A stretch of DNA of 64,000 nucleotides from Candidatus Zhuqueibacterota bacterium. GTDB taxonomy: Bacteria > Zhuqueibacterota > Zhuqueibacteria > Thermofontimicrobiales > Thermofontimicrobiaceae. This document shows positions 1 to 8,996 of this stretch, piece by piece. The stretch is taken from the NCBI GenBank assembly GCA_049322915.1, contig JBMOPW010000014.1, positions 192,001 through 256,000 on the forward strand, read 5' to 3'. The notes below the pieces were generated by a model, which worked only from the letters and a program-made list of their open reading frames with translations, ran no database searches and was not told where the DNA came from. Position 1 is the first letter of the stretch. Each line of letters opens with the position of its first letter. The translations under genes and the position numbers were made by a program.

Positions 1-276
1 TTCGGTACTGAAACCGGGATACTTATTAATTCAATTTACCTGAACCAGATGACGCAGAAGAGCACAACAACCGCTGAGAGGGAGTATTACCTCAACAATA
101 GAAACCTTTCGAACTGGTGGCTGGTAGGGGCGTTGTTGTTCAGTGTGGCTGATGCATTCGTTGACGCCCAGTTGTCTGACTTTGATGAAAGTCCGGTACT
201 GGCATTTCTGGAAATACGGCCGACACAAGTCACCGCCGAGCCGGGAGTTCTGCTTTCGCTCAGGTTCGCATTTTAA
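1..276 (+). CDS. 3' part of a DUF5683-like membrane/exported protein (5'-truncated by window edge)
   Basis: Frame 1 is open from base 1 to TAA at 274-276. A hydrophobic segment followed by 'SVADAFVDAQLSDFD' and a terminal '..LSLRFAF' resembles DUF5683 C-termini. Confidence 0.55.
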   Translation, partial: FGTETGILINSIYLNQMTQKSTTTAEREYYLNNRNLSNWWLVGALLFSVADAFVDAQLSDFDESPVLAFLEIRPTQVTAEPGVLLSLRFAF

Positions 277-346
277 ATTGAAATCGTCGTTATCGAGGAG
301 TGCTGGGGTACACTATTTGCGTTGACCAGTGTGGGTGAGGAATAAT

Positions 347-1462
347 ATGGCAGACATTCTTATCCTCGGCGGAACCGGATATGCCGGCCGATTGATTGCC
401 CGCTATCTGTTGGAGTTTTCAGAAGCTAATGTCACTATCGCAGCAAGGCGAGGGGATCAGGCGCAACATTTTGCCGAGGAGCTAAATCGAAAATACAGCG
501 GTCATCGCGCGAAGGCTGTTCATGCAGATGCTGCAAACGCTGATTCGTTGAGTAGCGCATTCAAAGGCCACCGTCTCGCTCTCGTTGCTGCGCCGACCAC
601 GGCTCATGCCGCCATCGTGATCCGAGCGGCGCTGGATGTCGGAGTCGATTATTTGGATATTCAGCTCAGTTCCCCCAAAACCGCCCTGTTGCAATCTCTC
701 GCTGGAGAAATCGAACAGAATAATAAAATTTTTATCACCGAAGCCGGATTCCATCCGGGGTTGCCATCGGTCCAGATACGATACGCGGCGACTCAACTGG
801 ATCGCATCGAAACTGCGATCTCCACAGGCTATCTCAATTTTGGAAAGAGCCTGCCCTACACCGAGGCTGTCTATGAGTTGATCGACGCCTTTAAAAATTA
901 TCAGGGACAGGTGTTTCGCAATGGACAATGGACAAAGCCGGATTCAGTTGATATTCGTAAATTTGACTTTGGAAGCGACATCGGATGGAAACGGTGCTAT
1001 TCCATGTTCTTTGAGGAATTGCAGTTGTTGCCGCAGATGTTGCCCTCGCTCGCAGAGACTGGTTTTTATGTGTCCGAATCTCATTGGGTGAATGATTGGA
1101 TTATCATGCCCTTGACATGGATGTGGTTGAAAATACTGCCCCACTCCGTGCGTCCCATTGGCAAGCTCCTCTGGTGGGGTATGGGAACCTTTCACAAACC
1201 GCCCTATCGTTTAGAGCTTCAAGTTCACGCCTCTGGGTTAAAAAATGGTCGGAAAATAAATGTCCGTTCGATTGTAACTCATACCGATGGATACGAACTA
1301 ACGGCCATCCCTGTCGTGGCGACATTGTTGCAATATCTGGATGGCGCTTTTCGTAAGCCCGGGCTGTGGATGATGGGACATGTGGTGGAGCCGGTGCGAT
1401 TCATGGCGGATCTTGAAGCGATGGGCGCCCATTGCTCCATCAGCAGTGAACCAGCCGAGTGA
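347..1462 (+). CDS. Saccharopine dehydrogenase-like NAD(P)-binding oxidoreductase
   Basis: ATG at 347 after GAGGA; Rossmann motif ILGGTGYAG; DYLD and EAGFHPGL motifs. Confidence 0.75.
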   Translation: MADILILGGTGYAGRLIARYLLEFSEANVTIAARRGDQAQHFAEELNRKYSGHRAKAVHADAANADSLSSAFKGHRLALVAAPTTAHAAIVIRAALDVGVDYLDIQLSSPKTALLQSLAGEIEQNNKIFITEAGFHPGLPSVQIRYAATQLDRIETAISTGYLNFGKSLPYTEAVYELIDAFKNYQGQVFRNGQWTKPDSVDIRKFDFGSDIGWKRCYSMFFEELQLLPQMLPSLAETGFYVSESHWVNDWIIMPLTWMWLKILPHSVRPIGKLLWWGMGTFHKPPYRLELQVHASGLKNGRKINVRSIVTHTDGYELTAIPVVATLLQYLDGAFRKPGLWMMGHVVEPVRFMADLEAMGAHCSISSEPAE

Positions 1463-1590
1463 ATTCATTGTCCTTTATCCCGCGTGCAAAAGCGAAAATT
1501 GGATTCAACACGAATGGCCAATCCCGCCAGCCCTGTCGCGGCGGTAGTTTTGGGGAAGCATAAAGGTATTGTTTTTCAGGAATAGGGAAA

Positions 1591-2139
1591 ATGATGGATA
1601 GAGATGAAGCATACGCTCTGGCAAAGTCGAAATTTTCCAACAAAAATCTGTTCAAGCATGTCCTGGCGGTTGAAGCTGTGATGAGGGAAATAGCGCACTA
1701 TTTCGGAGAAGATGAAGCCAAATGGGGACTCGCCGGTCTTCTCCACGATTTGGATTATGAAGAAACCATGCATTGCCCGGAACGGCATACGCTGGTGACT
1801 GAAGAGATGCTTCAAAAATACGATATCGACAGCGAGATCATTGATGCCATAAAATGCCATAATGATAAAGCGCCACGAGATACGCGGATGGGCAAAGTCA
1901 TCTACGCTGCAGATCCTGTGACCGGTCTCATTGTGGCTGCGGCGCTCATGCATCCGGATAGAAAGTTGAAATCCATCGATGTGCCGTTTATCATGCGGCG
2001 CTATAAAGAGAAGCGCTTTGCTGCCGGCGCAAATCGTGAACAGATACAGTCTTGTGCTGACTTTGGTTTGACATTGGAGCAGTTCCTGGATATCGCCCTT
2101 TGCGCTATGCAAAAAATCGATAAGGAGTTGGGATTGTGA
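1591..2139 (+). CDS. HD/HDIG-domain metal-dependent phosphohydrolase
   Basis: KHVLAVEAVM...AGLLHDLDYE...H...CHN...AADPVTG pattern. Confidence 0.85.
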   Translation: MMDRDEAYALAKSKFSNKNLFKHVLAVEAVMREIAHYFGEDEAKWGLAGLLHDLDYEETMHCPERHTLVTEEMLQKYDIDSEIIDAIKCHNDKAPRDTRMGKVIYAADPVTGLIVAAALMHPDRKLKSIDVPFIMRRYKEKRFAAGANREQIQSCADFGLTLEQFLDIALCAMQKIDKELGL

Positions 2140-2534
2140 AAAAATTACTACTGGCGATGATAACAGTTTTCGTGATACTATGCGTGACTCCGGAGCGCAG
2201 TCCGGCGCTCGAACAAGGCTCCCGGATTCGACGATTGGATTGGAACGAGCGACATAAGATTGCCTTCACGCTCAATGATTCCACGTTTGGCAGAGACAAG
2301 GTGCATCATTTTTTATCGAGCGCTTTTTTGACCACGGCTGGCTACTATTTTTGCAGAGAAGAAAAGGGATTTTCTCGGGTGGCTTCCTGTCAGGGAGGCA
2401 TCAGTTTCTCGCTGTCCCTCGGATTGCTCAAAGAAATTCGCGATGGCAGACAACCTGAAAATGCGTTCAGCGTGAAAGATCTCGTCGCCAATATTCTGGG
2501 GACCGCCGTTGGATTGCTGATTGTGGCGGATTAA
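2136..2534 (+). CDS. Exported YfiM/DUF2279-like protein
   Basis: Signal peptide; 'DKVHHF...GLLKEIRD...FSVKDLVANILG' signature; GTGA overlap with the upstream stop. Confidence 0.65.
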   Translation: MKKLLLAMITVFVILCVTPERSPALEQGSRIRRLDWNERHKIAFTLNDSTFGRDKVHHFLSSAFLTTAGYYFCREEKGFSRVASCQGGISFSLSLGLLKEIRDGRQPENAFSVKDLVANILGTAVGLLIVAD

Positions 2535-2750
2535 TTTTTTTTAACTCAGTGTGAATTTAGATTTATAGATTAATTCAGTTTTGTTTTAGTGACGATAGTG
2601 ATGAATATGTAACGAATCATGAGAATCGATGAGAGGCGGGTTGATATACTGCGTCGATCGTTATGGTTCAGGATTGTTGAAGCAAAAATTAAAATCACTT
2701 TCGAATCGCATGATTGTATTTCTCCTCGCTGAATGAAAGTTGGATAGGTT

Positions 2751-4172
2751 ATGATTTGGACACCAGATGAAAAACCAAAAGAAGAATGTGCAGTTATTGG
2801 AATTTATGGACATCCCCAGGCCGCGACGTATGCGTATCTGGGATTGTATGCGTTGCAACATCGTGGACAGGAAAGTTCGGGCATTGTCACTCATGATCAT
2901 GGTCTTTTTTATAAACATATTGATTTGGGACTGGTCATGGATGTCTTCCGCAACCGTGCCAATCTTGACAGGTTAAAAGGCGATAAGGCAATCGGCCATA
3001 ATCGCTATTCCACGACAGGCTCCACACATTCGGTAAACGCTCAGCCGCTTGTCGTCAGTTCCAAGTGCGGACCATTGGCAATTTCCCATAATGGAAATTT
3101 CGTCGATTCGCAACTGTTCCGACGCAAACTGGAAGAAGATGGAGCCATATTTCAGACGACAACGGACACGGAAATTGTTCTCCATTTAATCGCCCGTTCC
3201 AAAAAGCAGACAATGATCGAAAAAGTCAAAGATGCTTTCAATCAGATTAAGGGCGCTTATTCCATTGCAATACTGACAAACAATGAACTCATCGGCGTTC
3301 GGGATCCGCGGGGATTTCGACCTTTGTGCATGGGCAAAAAGGATGGCGCCTATATTCTCGCGTCTGAGTCGTGCGCCCTGGATATTATGGACGCCGAGCT
3401 CATCCGGGAAATCGAACCAGGTGAAATTGTCGTTATAAACGATCAGGGCGTTACCAGTACTTTTCTCGAAGAGAAGGCGGAACGACGCGCCTGCATTTTT
3501 GAGTTCATCTACTTCTCCAGACCGGATAGCCTGATTTTTGGCGAGAAAGTGGATAAAGCGCGTCGCAAGCTGGGAAAATCCCTTTCATTGGAAGCGCCAG
3601 TGGAGGCTGACCGGATTATTTCGGTCCCCGACTCCAGCAATACTGCGGCGCTGGGATATGCTCAGGAATCCGGCATTAAATTCGAAATTGGTCTGATCAG
3701 GAACCATTATGTGGGCCGGACATTCATTCACCCGGTCCAGTCCATGCGCGATTTCAATGTACGGATTAAATTCAATCCGGTGAAAGGCGTATTGAAAAAC
3801 AAGCGCGTCATTATGGTGGAAGATTCCATTGTCCGCGGCACTACCTTGCGGCTGCTCGCCAAAATGGTGCGCAATGCCGGCGCTCAGGAAATTCATATTC
3901 GCGTCAGTTCACCGCCAATCAAATATCCCTGTTACTATGGCATGGATTTTCCGACCAAAGAAGAATTGATTGCCTCGCAGATGTCAATCGAAGAGATCCG
4001 AAAATATCTCGAAGTCGACAGCTTGCATTATCTCTCTATGGAGGGAATGCTGAACTCTGTTCCCCAGGAACCGGGTGGGTACTGCACAGCGTGTTTCAGC
4101 GGTGATTATCCGATAATTCCCGGCGAAGCGGTGAAGAAGTTCCAGTTAGAAAATGGCATTGTCAACGGCTGA
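2751..4172 (+). CDS. purF: Amidophosphoribosyltransferase
   Basis: EE-CAVIG N-terminus, LQHRGQES, GHNRYST, EDSIVRGTT PRPP loop, Fe-S cysteines (YPCYYG, YCTAC). Confidence 0.97.
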   Translation: MIWTPDEKPKEECAVIGIYGHPQAATYAYLGLYALQHRGQESSGIVTHDHGLFYKHIDLGLVMDVFRNRANLDRLKGDKAIGHNRYSTTGSTHSVNAQPLVVSSKCGPLAISHNGNFVDSQLFRRKLEEDGAIFQTTTDTEIVLHLIARSKKQTMIEKVKDAFNQIKGAYSIAILTNNELIGVRDPRGFRPLCMGKKDGAYILASESCALDIMDAELIREIEPGEIVVINDQGVTSTFLEEKAERRACIFEFIYFSRPDSLIFGEKVDKARRKLGKSLSLEAPVEADRIISVPDSSNTAALGYAQESGIKFEIGLIRNHYVGRTFIHPVQSMRDFNVRIKFNPVKGVLKNKRVIMVEDSIVRGTTLRLLAKMVRNAGAQEIHIRVSSPPIKYPCYYGMDFPTKEELIASQMSIEEIRKYLEVDSLHYLSMEGMLNSVPQEPGGYCTACFSGDYPIIPGEAVKKFQLENGIVNG

Positions 4173-4256
4173 GGCCGCAGCGATGGGCCTCGCGGGCCAT
4201 TTTTGTCATTGATGAAACGGTTCGCTCGCAATAACGCACGCGCCAATGAAAATGAG

Positions 4257-5201
4257 ATGGTAAAAAACATCCAACTACTCGATTATGTTTTTATCCTTAG
4301 GCCGACTCTCTTCTTCCCCTTGTGGACCGTGTACCTGGCCGGTTTTCATGCGAACACCGTGTTTGACCCGGCGAGAGAATCGTCGCAGGCTACTGCTACG
4401 TCGGGGAGTCATGTTTTTTTCATTGCAGCGCTATTGACTCTGCTCATGGGCGCGGTGTATATTTTCAACCAGATTGTGGATATAAAGAGCGATGAAAGAA
4501 ATGATAAATTGTTTTTCATCGCCAAAAAGATAATCGACAAAAAGACCGCGACAATCGAGGGCGTCCTGCTCACCGTGATTTCCATCGGGACGGCGTTTGT
4601 CGTTGACGCCAAAGTAGGCGCGATGTTTGTCTGGATTTTTCTCATTACCGGGATTTTGTACAGCTACAAACCATTCGCCTGGAAAGACCGGCCGATTATG
4701 GGTGCGGTGGCCAATTTCCTGGGCGGCTGGTCAGTTGCTTCGTGCGGATGGATAACTGCCGGAACAGAAAGTTATCATTTCGCGCTGTACAGCCTTCCCT
4801 ACGGTTTCGGCCTGGTCGCCGTGTATTTGTTAACAACGATCCCCGATATTCCGGGTGATCGTGAGTTCAATAAAATTACCTTTGGCGTGAAATTCGGAAA
4901 GATGAAAGCCGTCTGCTGGGGACTTGTTTTTGAACTGGCGACGGTGGTGCTTTCGTTCATTTTGAGAGATTATTTATTCTTCATCCCGGCGCTGTTCTCG
5001 CTTCCGCTATTCATCGCTGCCGCGGCGACGCAGGAGATGAAACATATTGTGAGAGCGATTAAATTCACTATCCTGTTCGTCTCATTGGCTGTGTGTCTGA
5101 AGTTCCCTGTATATTTTTTGGTGATTCTATTCACATTTTTCTTTTCAAAATGGTACTACCAAAAACGGTTTGGCTTGAACTATCCGAAATTTGCTGCTTG
5201 A
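4257..5201 (+). CDS. UbiA-superfamily membrane prenyltransferase
   Basis: Multi-TM protein with LRP, NQIVDIKSD (NxxxDxxxD), YS..P and IPDIPGD..KITF motifs. ATG 4257 preferred over TTG 4203. Confidence 0.85.
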   Translation: MVKNIQLLDYVFILRPTLFFPLWTVYLAGFHANTVFDPARESSQATATSGSHVFFIAALLTLLMGAVYIFNQIVDIKSDERNDKLFFIAKKIIDKKTATIEGVLLTVISIGTAFVVDAKVGAMFVWIFLITGILYSYKPFAWKDRPIMGAVANFLGGWSVASCGWITAGTESYHFALYSLPYGFGLVAVYLLTTIPDIPGDREFNKITFGVKFGKMKAVCWGLVFELATVVLSFILRDYLFFIPALFSLPLFIAAAATQEMKHIVRAIKFTILFVSLAVCLKFPVYFLVILFTFFFSKWYYQKRFGLNYPKFAA

Positions 5202-5222
5202 AATCAGGTCTGAGGAATATTC

Positions 5223-5402
5223 ATGATAGTCAGTAAAAATGATCGCTGTGATTTTTGCGGAACCTGCGTGGCAGTCTGTCCGGTCGATGCCATTACACTA
5301 TATGAGGCTCGACTTGAAATTGACCACGATCTCTGCACGCTGTGCCTGAATTGCGTCCATATCTGTCCTGTCTCAGCGCTGGAGGAGAAAGAAGATGAGT
5401 GA
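5223..5402 (+). CDS. 2x[4Fe-4S] dicluster ferredoxin, 59 aa (below the ORF-track cutoff)
   Basis: Manual translation MIVSKNDRCDFCGTCVAVCPVDAITLYEARLEIDHDLCTLCLNCVHICPVSALEEKEDE* gives two CxxCxxCxxxCP motifs. GAGGA RBS; overlaps the next start. Confidence 0.93.
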   Translation: MIVSKNDRCDFCGTCVAVCPVDAITLYEARLEIDHDLCTLCLNCVHICPVSALEEKEDE

Positions 5403-6564
5403 TTATGATATCATCGTGGTTGGCGCTGGTCCGGCTGGCTCGACCACAGCGCGCCTGGCTGCCCAGCATGGCGCCAGAGTGTTGATGCTGGAAAAAGACC
5501 GGGAGGTCGGAATCCCGGTTCGATGCGGCGAAGCCGTCGGCGCGAAAGGATTTAGCCGCGTGCTCGAATTGCGGGACGAGTGGGTGGCCAATAAAATTGA
5601 TGCGGTGCGACTCGTCGCGCCGGATGGCACGAAAATTAAAGTCTCGCACGACGATATCGGTTATATTCTGGATCGCAAGCGTTTCGATTACGACCTGGCC
5701 CGCATGGCAACCGAAAAAGGCGTCAAAGTGATCACCAAAGCATTTGTCTACGACATGCTCAAAGAGGACGGCGTTGTCGCCGGCGTGAAAGTGAATCACC
5801 TGGGTAAACAGTATTCCATAAAATCGCGGCTGGTAATTGGAGCCGATGGCGTGGAATCGCGCGTGGGGCGCTGGGCTGGTTTGAAAACCGCCGTCAGGAT
5901 GAAGGATATTGAACCGTGCGTTCAAATGACCGTGTCCAATATCAATATCGACGGGAATGTCTGTGATTTTTATGTGTCGCGGGAATTAGCGCCCGGCGGA
6001 TACCTGTGGGTGTTTCCCAAGAGCGCGCACCACGCCAATATCGGATTGGGAATTTCCGGGGAATTTGCGCATCAAAAATCCCCGCTGGAATATCTCCAGG
6101 AATTCATGGACAAAAATTTCCCTGAAGCCGCAATATTGACGACCGTTGCCGGCGGAGTCCCTTGCGCTCCGTATATGGAAGAAATCGTTGCGCCGGGACT
6201 CATGCTGGTGGGCGATGCAGCGCATCAGGTAAATCCCATCACCGGCGGGGGAATCATTCATAGCATTCTCGCCGGTGAAATTGCCGGCAAAGTGGCAGCA
6301 GCAGCCATCAAGGAGCGCGATGTCTCGGGAGCGCGGTTGACCGAATACGTCCGGGACTGGGATAAAATTGGGGGGATAGGCCATCGTCATGCCTATCGCT
6401 TGAAAGAAGCAGTGTACAAACTGACGGATGATGACCTGAATAAAACTGCGGCCACGTTGAAGAAAAAAACTCAGGATACTTACACCATTGTGAATATATT
6501 TAAAACAGCCCTGTTCCAGCATCCTAAATTAATACCGGATATTTTGAAAGTGTTTTTGGGATGA
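5395..6564 (+). CDS. Geranylgeranyl reductase family FAD oxidoreductase, archaeal digeranylgeranylglycerophospholipid reductase-like
   Basis: GAGPAG, PVRCGEAV, LDRKRFD, IGADGVES, APGGYLWVFP (PxxYxWxFP), LVGDAAHQVNPITGGGI. Confidence 0.9.
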   Translation: MSDYDIIVVGAGPAGSTTARLAAQHGARVLMLEKDREVGIPVRCGEAVGAKGFSRVLELRDEWVANKIDAVRLVAPDGTKIKVSHDDIGYILDRKRFDYDLARMATEKGVKVITKAFVYDMLKEDGVVAGVKVNHLGKQYSIKSRLVIGADGVESRVGRWAGLKTAVRMKDIEPCVQMTVSNINIDGNVCDFYVSRELAPGGYLWVFPKSAHHANIGLGISGEFAHQKSPLEYLQEFMDKNFPEAAILTTVAGGVPCAPYMEEIVAPGLMLVGDAAHQVNPITGGGIIHSILAGEIAGKVAAAAIKERDVSGARLTEYVRDWDKIGGIGHRHAYRLKEAVYKLTDDDLNKTAATLKKKTQDTYTIVNIFKTALFQHPKLIPDILKVFLG

Positions 6565-6690
6565 TCCATTCGTCGCGTTAAACGGTGAATTTGAACGTGG
6601 AGGAAAACGCAGCGTAGCAGTGAATGCATTAGGATTCGCGAACGGAGCGGCTTGTAGAAAACTGGTATTGAATTTCACGAAGGGCAATGA

Positions 6691-7620
6691 ATGATCGGCA
6701 AATTAAAGCAGCGGTTGGCAAAGACACGGGAAAACCTTGTTAAAAAATTAAGCGATGCATTGAGGTCGCATAAAGAGATCAATCAGGATTTGTATGACGA
6801 AATGGAAGAAGTGCTCATCGGCGGCGATGTGGGCGTCGAGGTTGCGATGGATTTGATCGAAGAAGTCCGGAAGCAGGTCCGATCTCAGGGAATTAAAAAG
6901 CCGGATGAAATCATTCAGCTTTTAAAAGACGCCATGTTCCGCTCATTCAATGAGGGAAAAGCGCCGATTTCATCGGATGCGACAGCAGACTTTTTCAAAC
7001 CGGAGCCAAAGCCCTTCGTCATCATGGTTGTTGGCGTGAACGGCACGGGCAAGACCACGACAATCGGCAAGCTAGCCTCGCTGTACAAACAGCAGAGCAA
7101 CAAGGTCCTCCTTTCTGCAGCAGATACGTTTCGCGCGGCTGCATCGGAGCAACTGGAAATCTGGGCGCAGCGAGCCGGTGTGGATATTATTCGCAACCAG
7201 CCGGGAGCAGACCCGGCGTCCATCGCTTTCGATTCATTACAGGCGGCCATCAGCCGAAAACTGGATGTGCTGATCATCGACACGGCCGGTCGGTTGCACA
7301 CCAAATCCAATTTGATGGAGGAATTGAAAAAAATTTATCGCGTGTTGGGGAAAATCAATCCGGCAATTCCCCACGAAACCCTGCTGGTCCTGGACGCCAC
7401 CACTGGCCAGAACGGACTGAATCAGGCGCTGCAATTTACGCAGGCGGTGAATGTGACCGGCATTATTTTGACAAAGCTGGATGGCACAGCAAAAGGAGGC
7501 ATTGTCCTGGCCATCAGCAAGCAGTTGGGATTGCCGGTCAAATTCATTGGAGTCGGCGAGAAAGTGGAGGACCTGGAGCCGTTCGATCGCACCGAGTTTG
7601 TCGAGGCGTTGTTTCAATGA
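6691..7620 (+). CDS. ftsY: Signal recognition particle receptor FtsY
   Basis: [34 protein letters not shown]. Confidence 0.97.
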   Translation: MIGKLKQRLAKTRENLVKKLSDALRSHKEINQDLYDEMEEVLIGGDVGVEVAMDLIEEVRKQVRSQGIKKPDEIIQLLKDAMFRSFNEGKAPISSDATADFFKPEPKPFVIMVVGVNGTGKTTTIGKLASLYKQQSNKVLLSAADTFRAAASEQLEIWAQRAGVDIIRNQPGADPASIAFDSLQAAISRKLDVLIIDTAGRLHTKSNLMEELKKIYRVLGKINPAIPHETLLVLDATTGQNGLNQALQFTQAVNVTGIILTKLDGTAKGGIVLAISKQLGLPVKFIGVGEKVEDLEPFDRTEFVEALFQ

Positions 7621-8906
7621 AAATCAGCGTGGTGACGTTGGGATGCCCCAAGAACATTGTCGATTCCGAACAGCTTTCAGCGCAGCTTGCTGCTGAAGAA
7701 GTTCAGTTTGTAAATGACGCCACGGATGCGGATGTGGCGATTATCAATACGTGCGCGTTCATTTTGTCAGCTCGCGAAGAAGCGGTCGAGGCCATTTTGA
7801 GCGCAATACAGTTGAAGCAGGAAGGTCGCATTGGCCGGATTTATGTCACTGGCTGTTTGCCTCAGCGATACATCAGAGAACTGAAAAAAGAAATCCCTGA
7901 AGTCGATGGTTTTTTTGCGGAGCAGGATTTTCGGATCATTGGCCAGCGCCTTGCGTCGCTGCTGCGCCTGTCGTCGGCATCGCCGGCGAGGCGCCGATCC
8001 CTGCAGACGCCGGGCCATTACGCCTATCTGAAGATTTCAGAAGGATGCGATAACCGCTGCCATTACTGCACCATTCCTATCATCAAAGGTGATTTTCGAA
8101 GCTTTGCAGAGGACGAAATATTTGCAGAAGCAGAGGAGCTTGTCGCCGGGGGTGTCAAGGAACTGATTGTTGTCGCGCAGGATACAACTTATTACGGATG
8201 GGATCGGCAGCAGCGCCATGGCCTGGTGCAGTTGATCAGAAAGCTGTCCGGCATAACGGGGCTGTCGTGGATTCGGCTGCTATATGCCCATCCTGCTCAT
8301 TTCACAGAAGAATTGATTTCGCTGTACAATGAGATAGAACTGTTATGCCGCTATATTGACGTTCCGATTCAGCATATTTCCAATAAAATGCTGAAGCGGA
8401 TGGGTCGTCGCGTGACTGAAAAAGCGATTCGGCAGCTCATCGATACATTGCGGGAGAGAGTTCCGGGCATGGCTATTCGCACGACGCTGATGGTCGGCTT
8501 CCCTGGCGAGGACGAGTCCGATTTTTTGCTGCTGAAGGAATTCGTCGCTCAGGCGCGATTCGAGCGGCTGGGAGTTTTTCAGTATTCTGCTGAGGAAGGG
8601 ACGCGGGCGTTTCGCATGAAAAACAAAGTCGACAAGCGCATTATGGAGGAGCGCTTCGATGAATTGATGCAGCTTCAGTACGATATCGCACTTGAGAAGA
8701 ATAGACAATGGTTGGGGCAAACGATGCCGGTCATTTTCGATGAATATGACGAAGAAAGCGGGACCAGTATTGGCCGGACCCAGTGGGATGCGCCGCTGAT
8801 TGATAATGCCGTTCGCGTGACCGAGAAGATCGCTGCCGGCAGCATCCTTCCGATTCGAATCACCCGGGCTGAGACGTATGACGTGTGGGGAGAACGCAAT
8901 GCCTAA
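7617..8906 (+). CDS. rimO: Ribosomal protein S12 methylthiotransferase
   Basis: TLGCPKNIVDSE, INTCAFI, radical SAM CDNRCHYC, YAYLKISEGC, C-terminal TRAM-like region. Confidence 0.93.
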   Translation: MKISVVTLGCPKNIVDSEQLSAQLAAEEVQFVNDATDADVAIINTCAFILSAREEAVEAILSAIQLKQEGRIGRIYVTGCLPQRYIRELKKEIPEVDGFFAEQDFRIIGQRLASLLRLSSASPARRRSLQTPGHYAYLKISEGCDNRCHYCTIPIIKGDFRSFAEDEIFAEAEELVAGGVKELIVVAQDTTYYGWDRQQRHGLVQLIRKLSGITGLSWIRLLYAHPAHFTEELISLYNEIELLCRYIDVPIQHISNKMLKRMGRRVTEKAIRQLIDTLRERVPGMAIRTTLMVGFPGEDESDFLLLKEFVAQARFERLGVFQYSAEEGTRAFRMKNKVDKRIMEERFDELMQLQYDIALEKNRQWLGQTMPVIFDEYDEESGTSIGRTQWDAPLIDNAVRVTEKIAAGSILPIRITRAETYDVWGERNA

Positions 8907-8996
8907 CTGAGTGATCGCGGCTCGATCATTTCGAAAAGCGCCGCAATTTGAACAAACTAGAAATCTGCGCGGAAGCTGCGCAGATGGAGGCCAATC

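Noticed and set aside
1540..1551. ops-like GGCGGTAG element
   Set aside because: It lacks the downstream TG of ops, is far from the polysaccharide locus, and the same 8-mer occurs inside a CDS near 47570; likely chance or part of a weak hairpin.
2535..2750. Possible purine/PRPP riboswitch upstream of purF
   Set aside because: AT-rich, with no recognisable aptamer core or expression-platform terminator.
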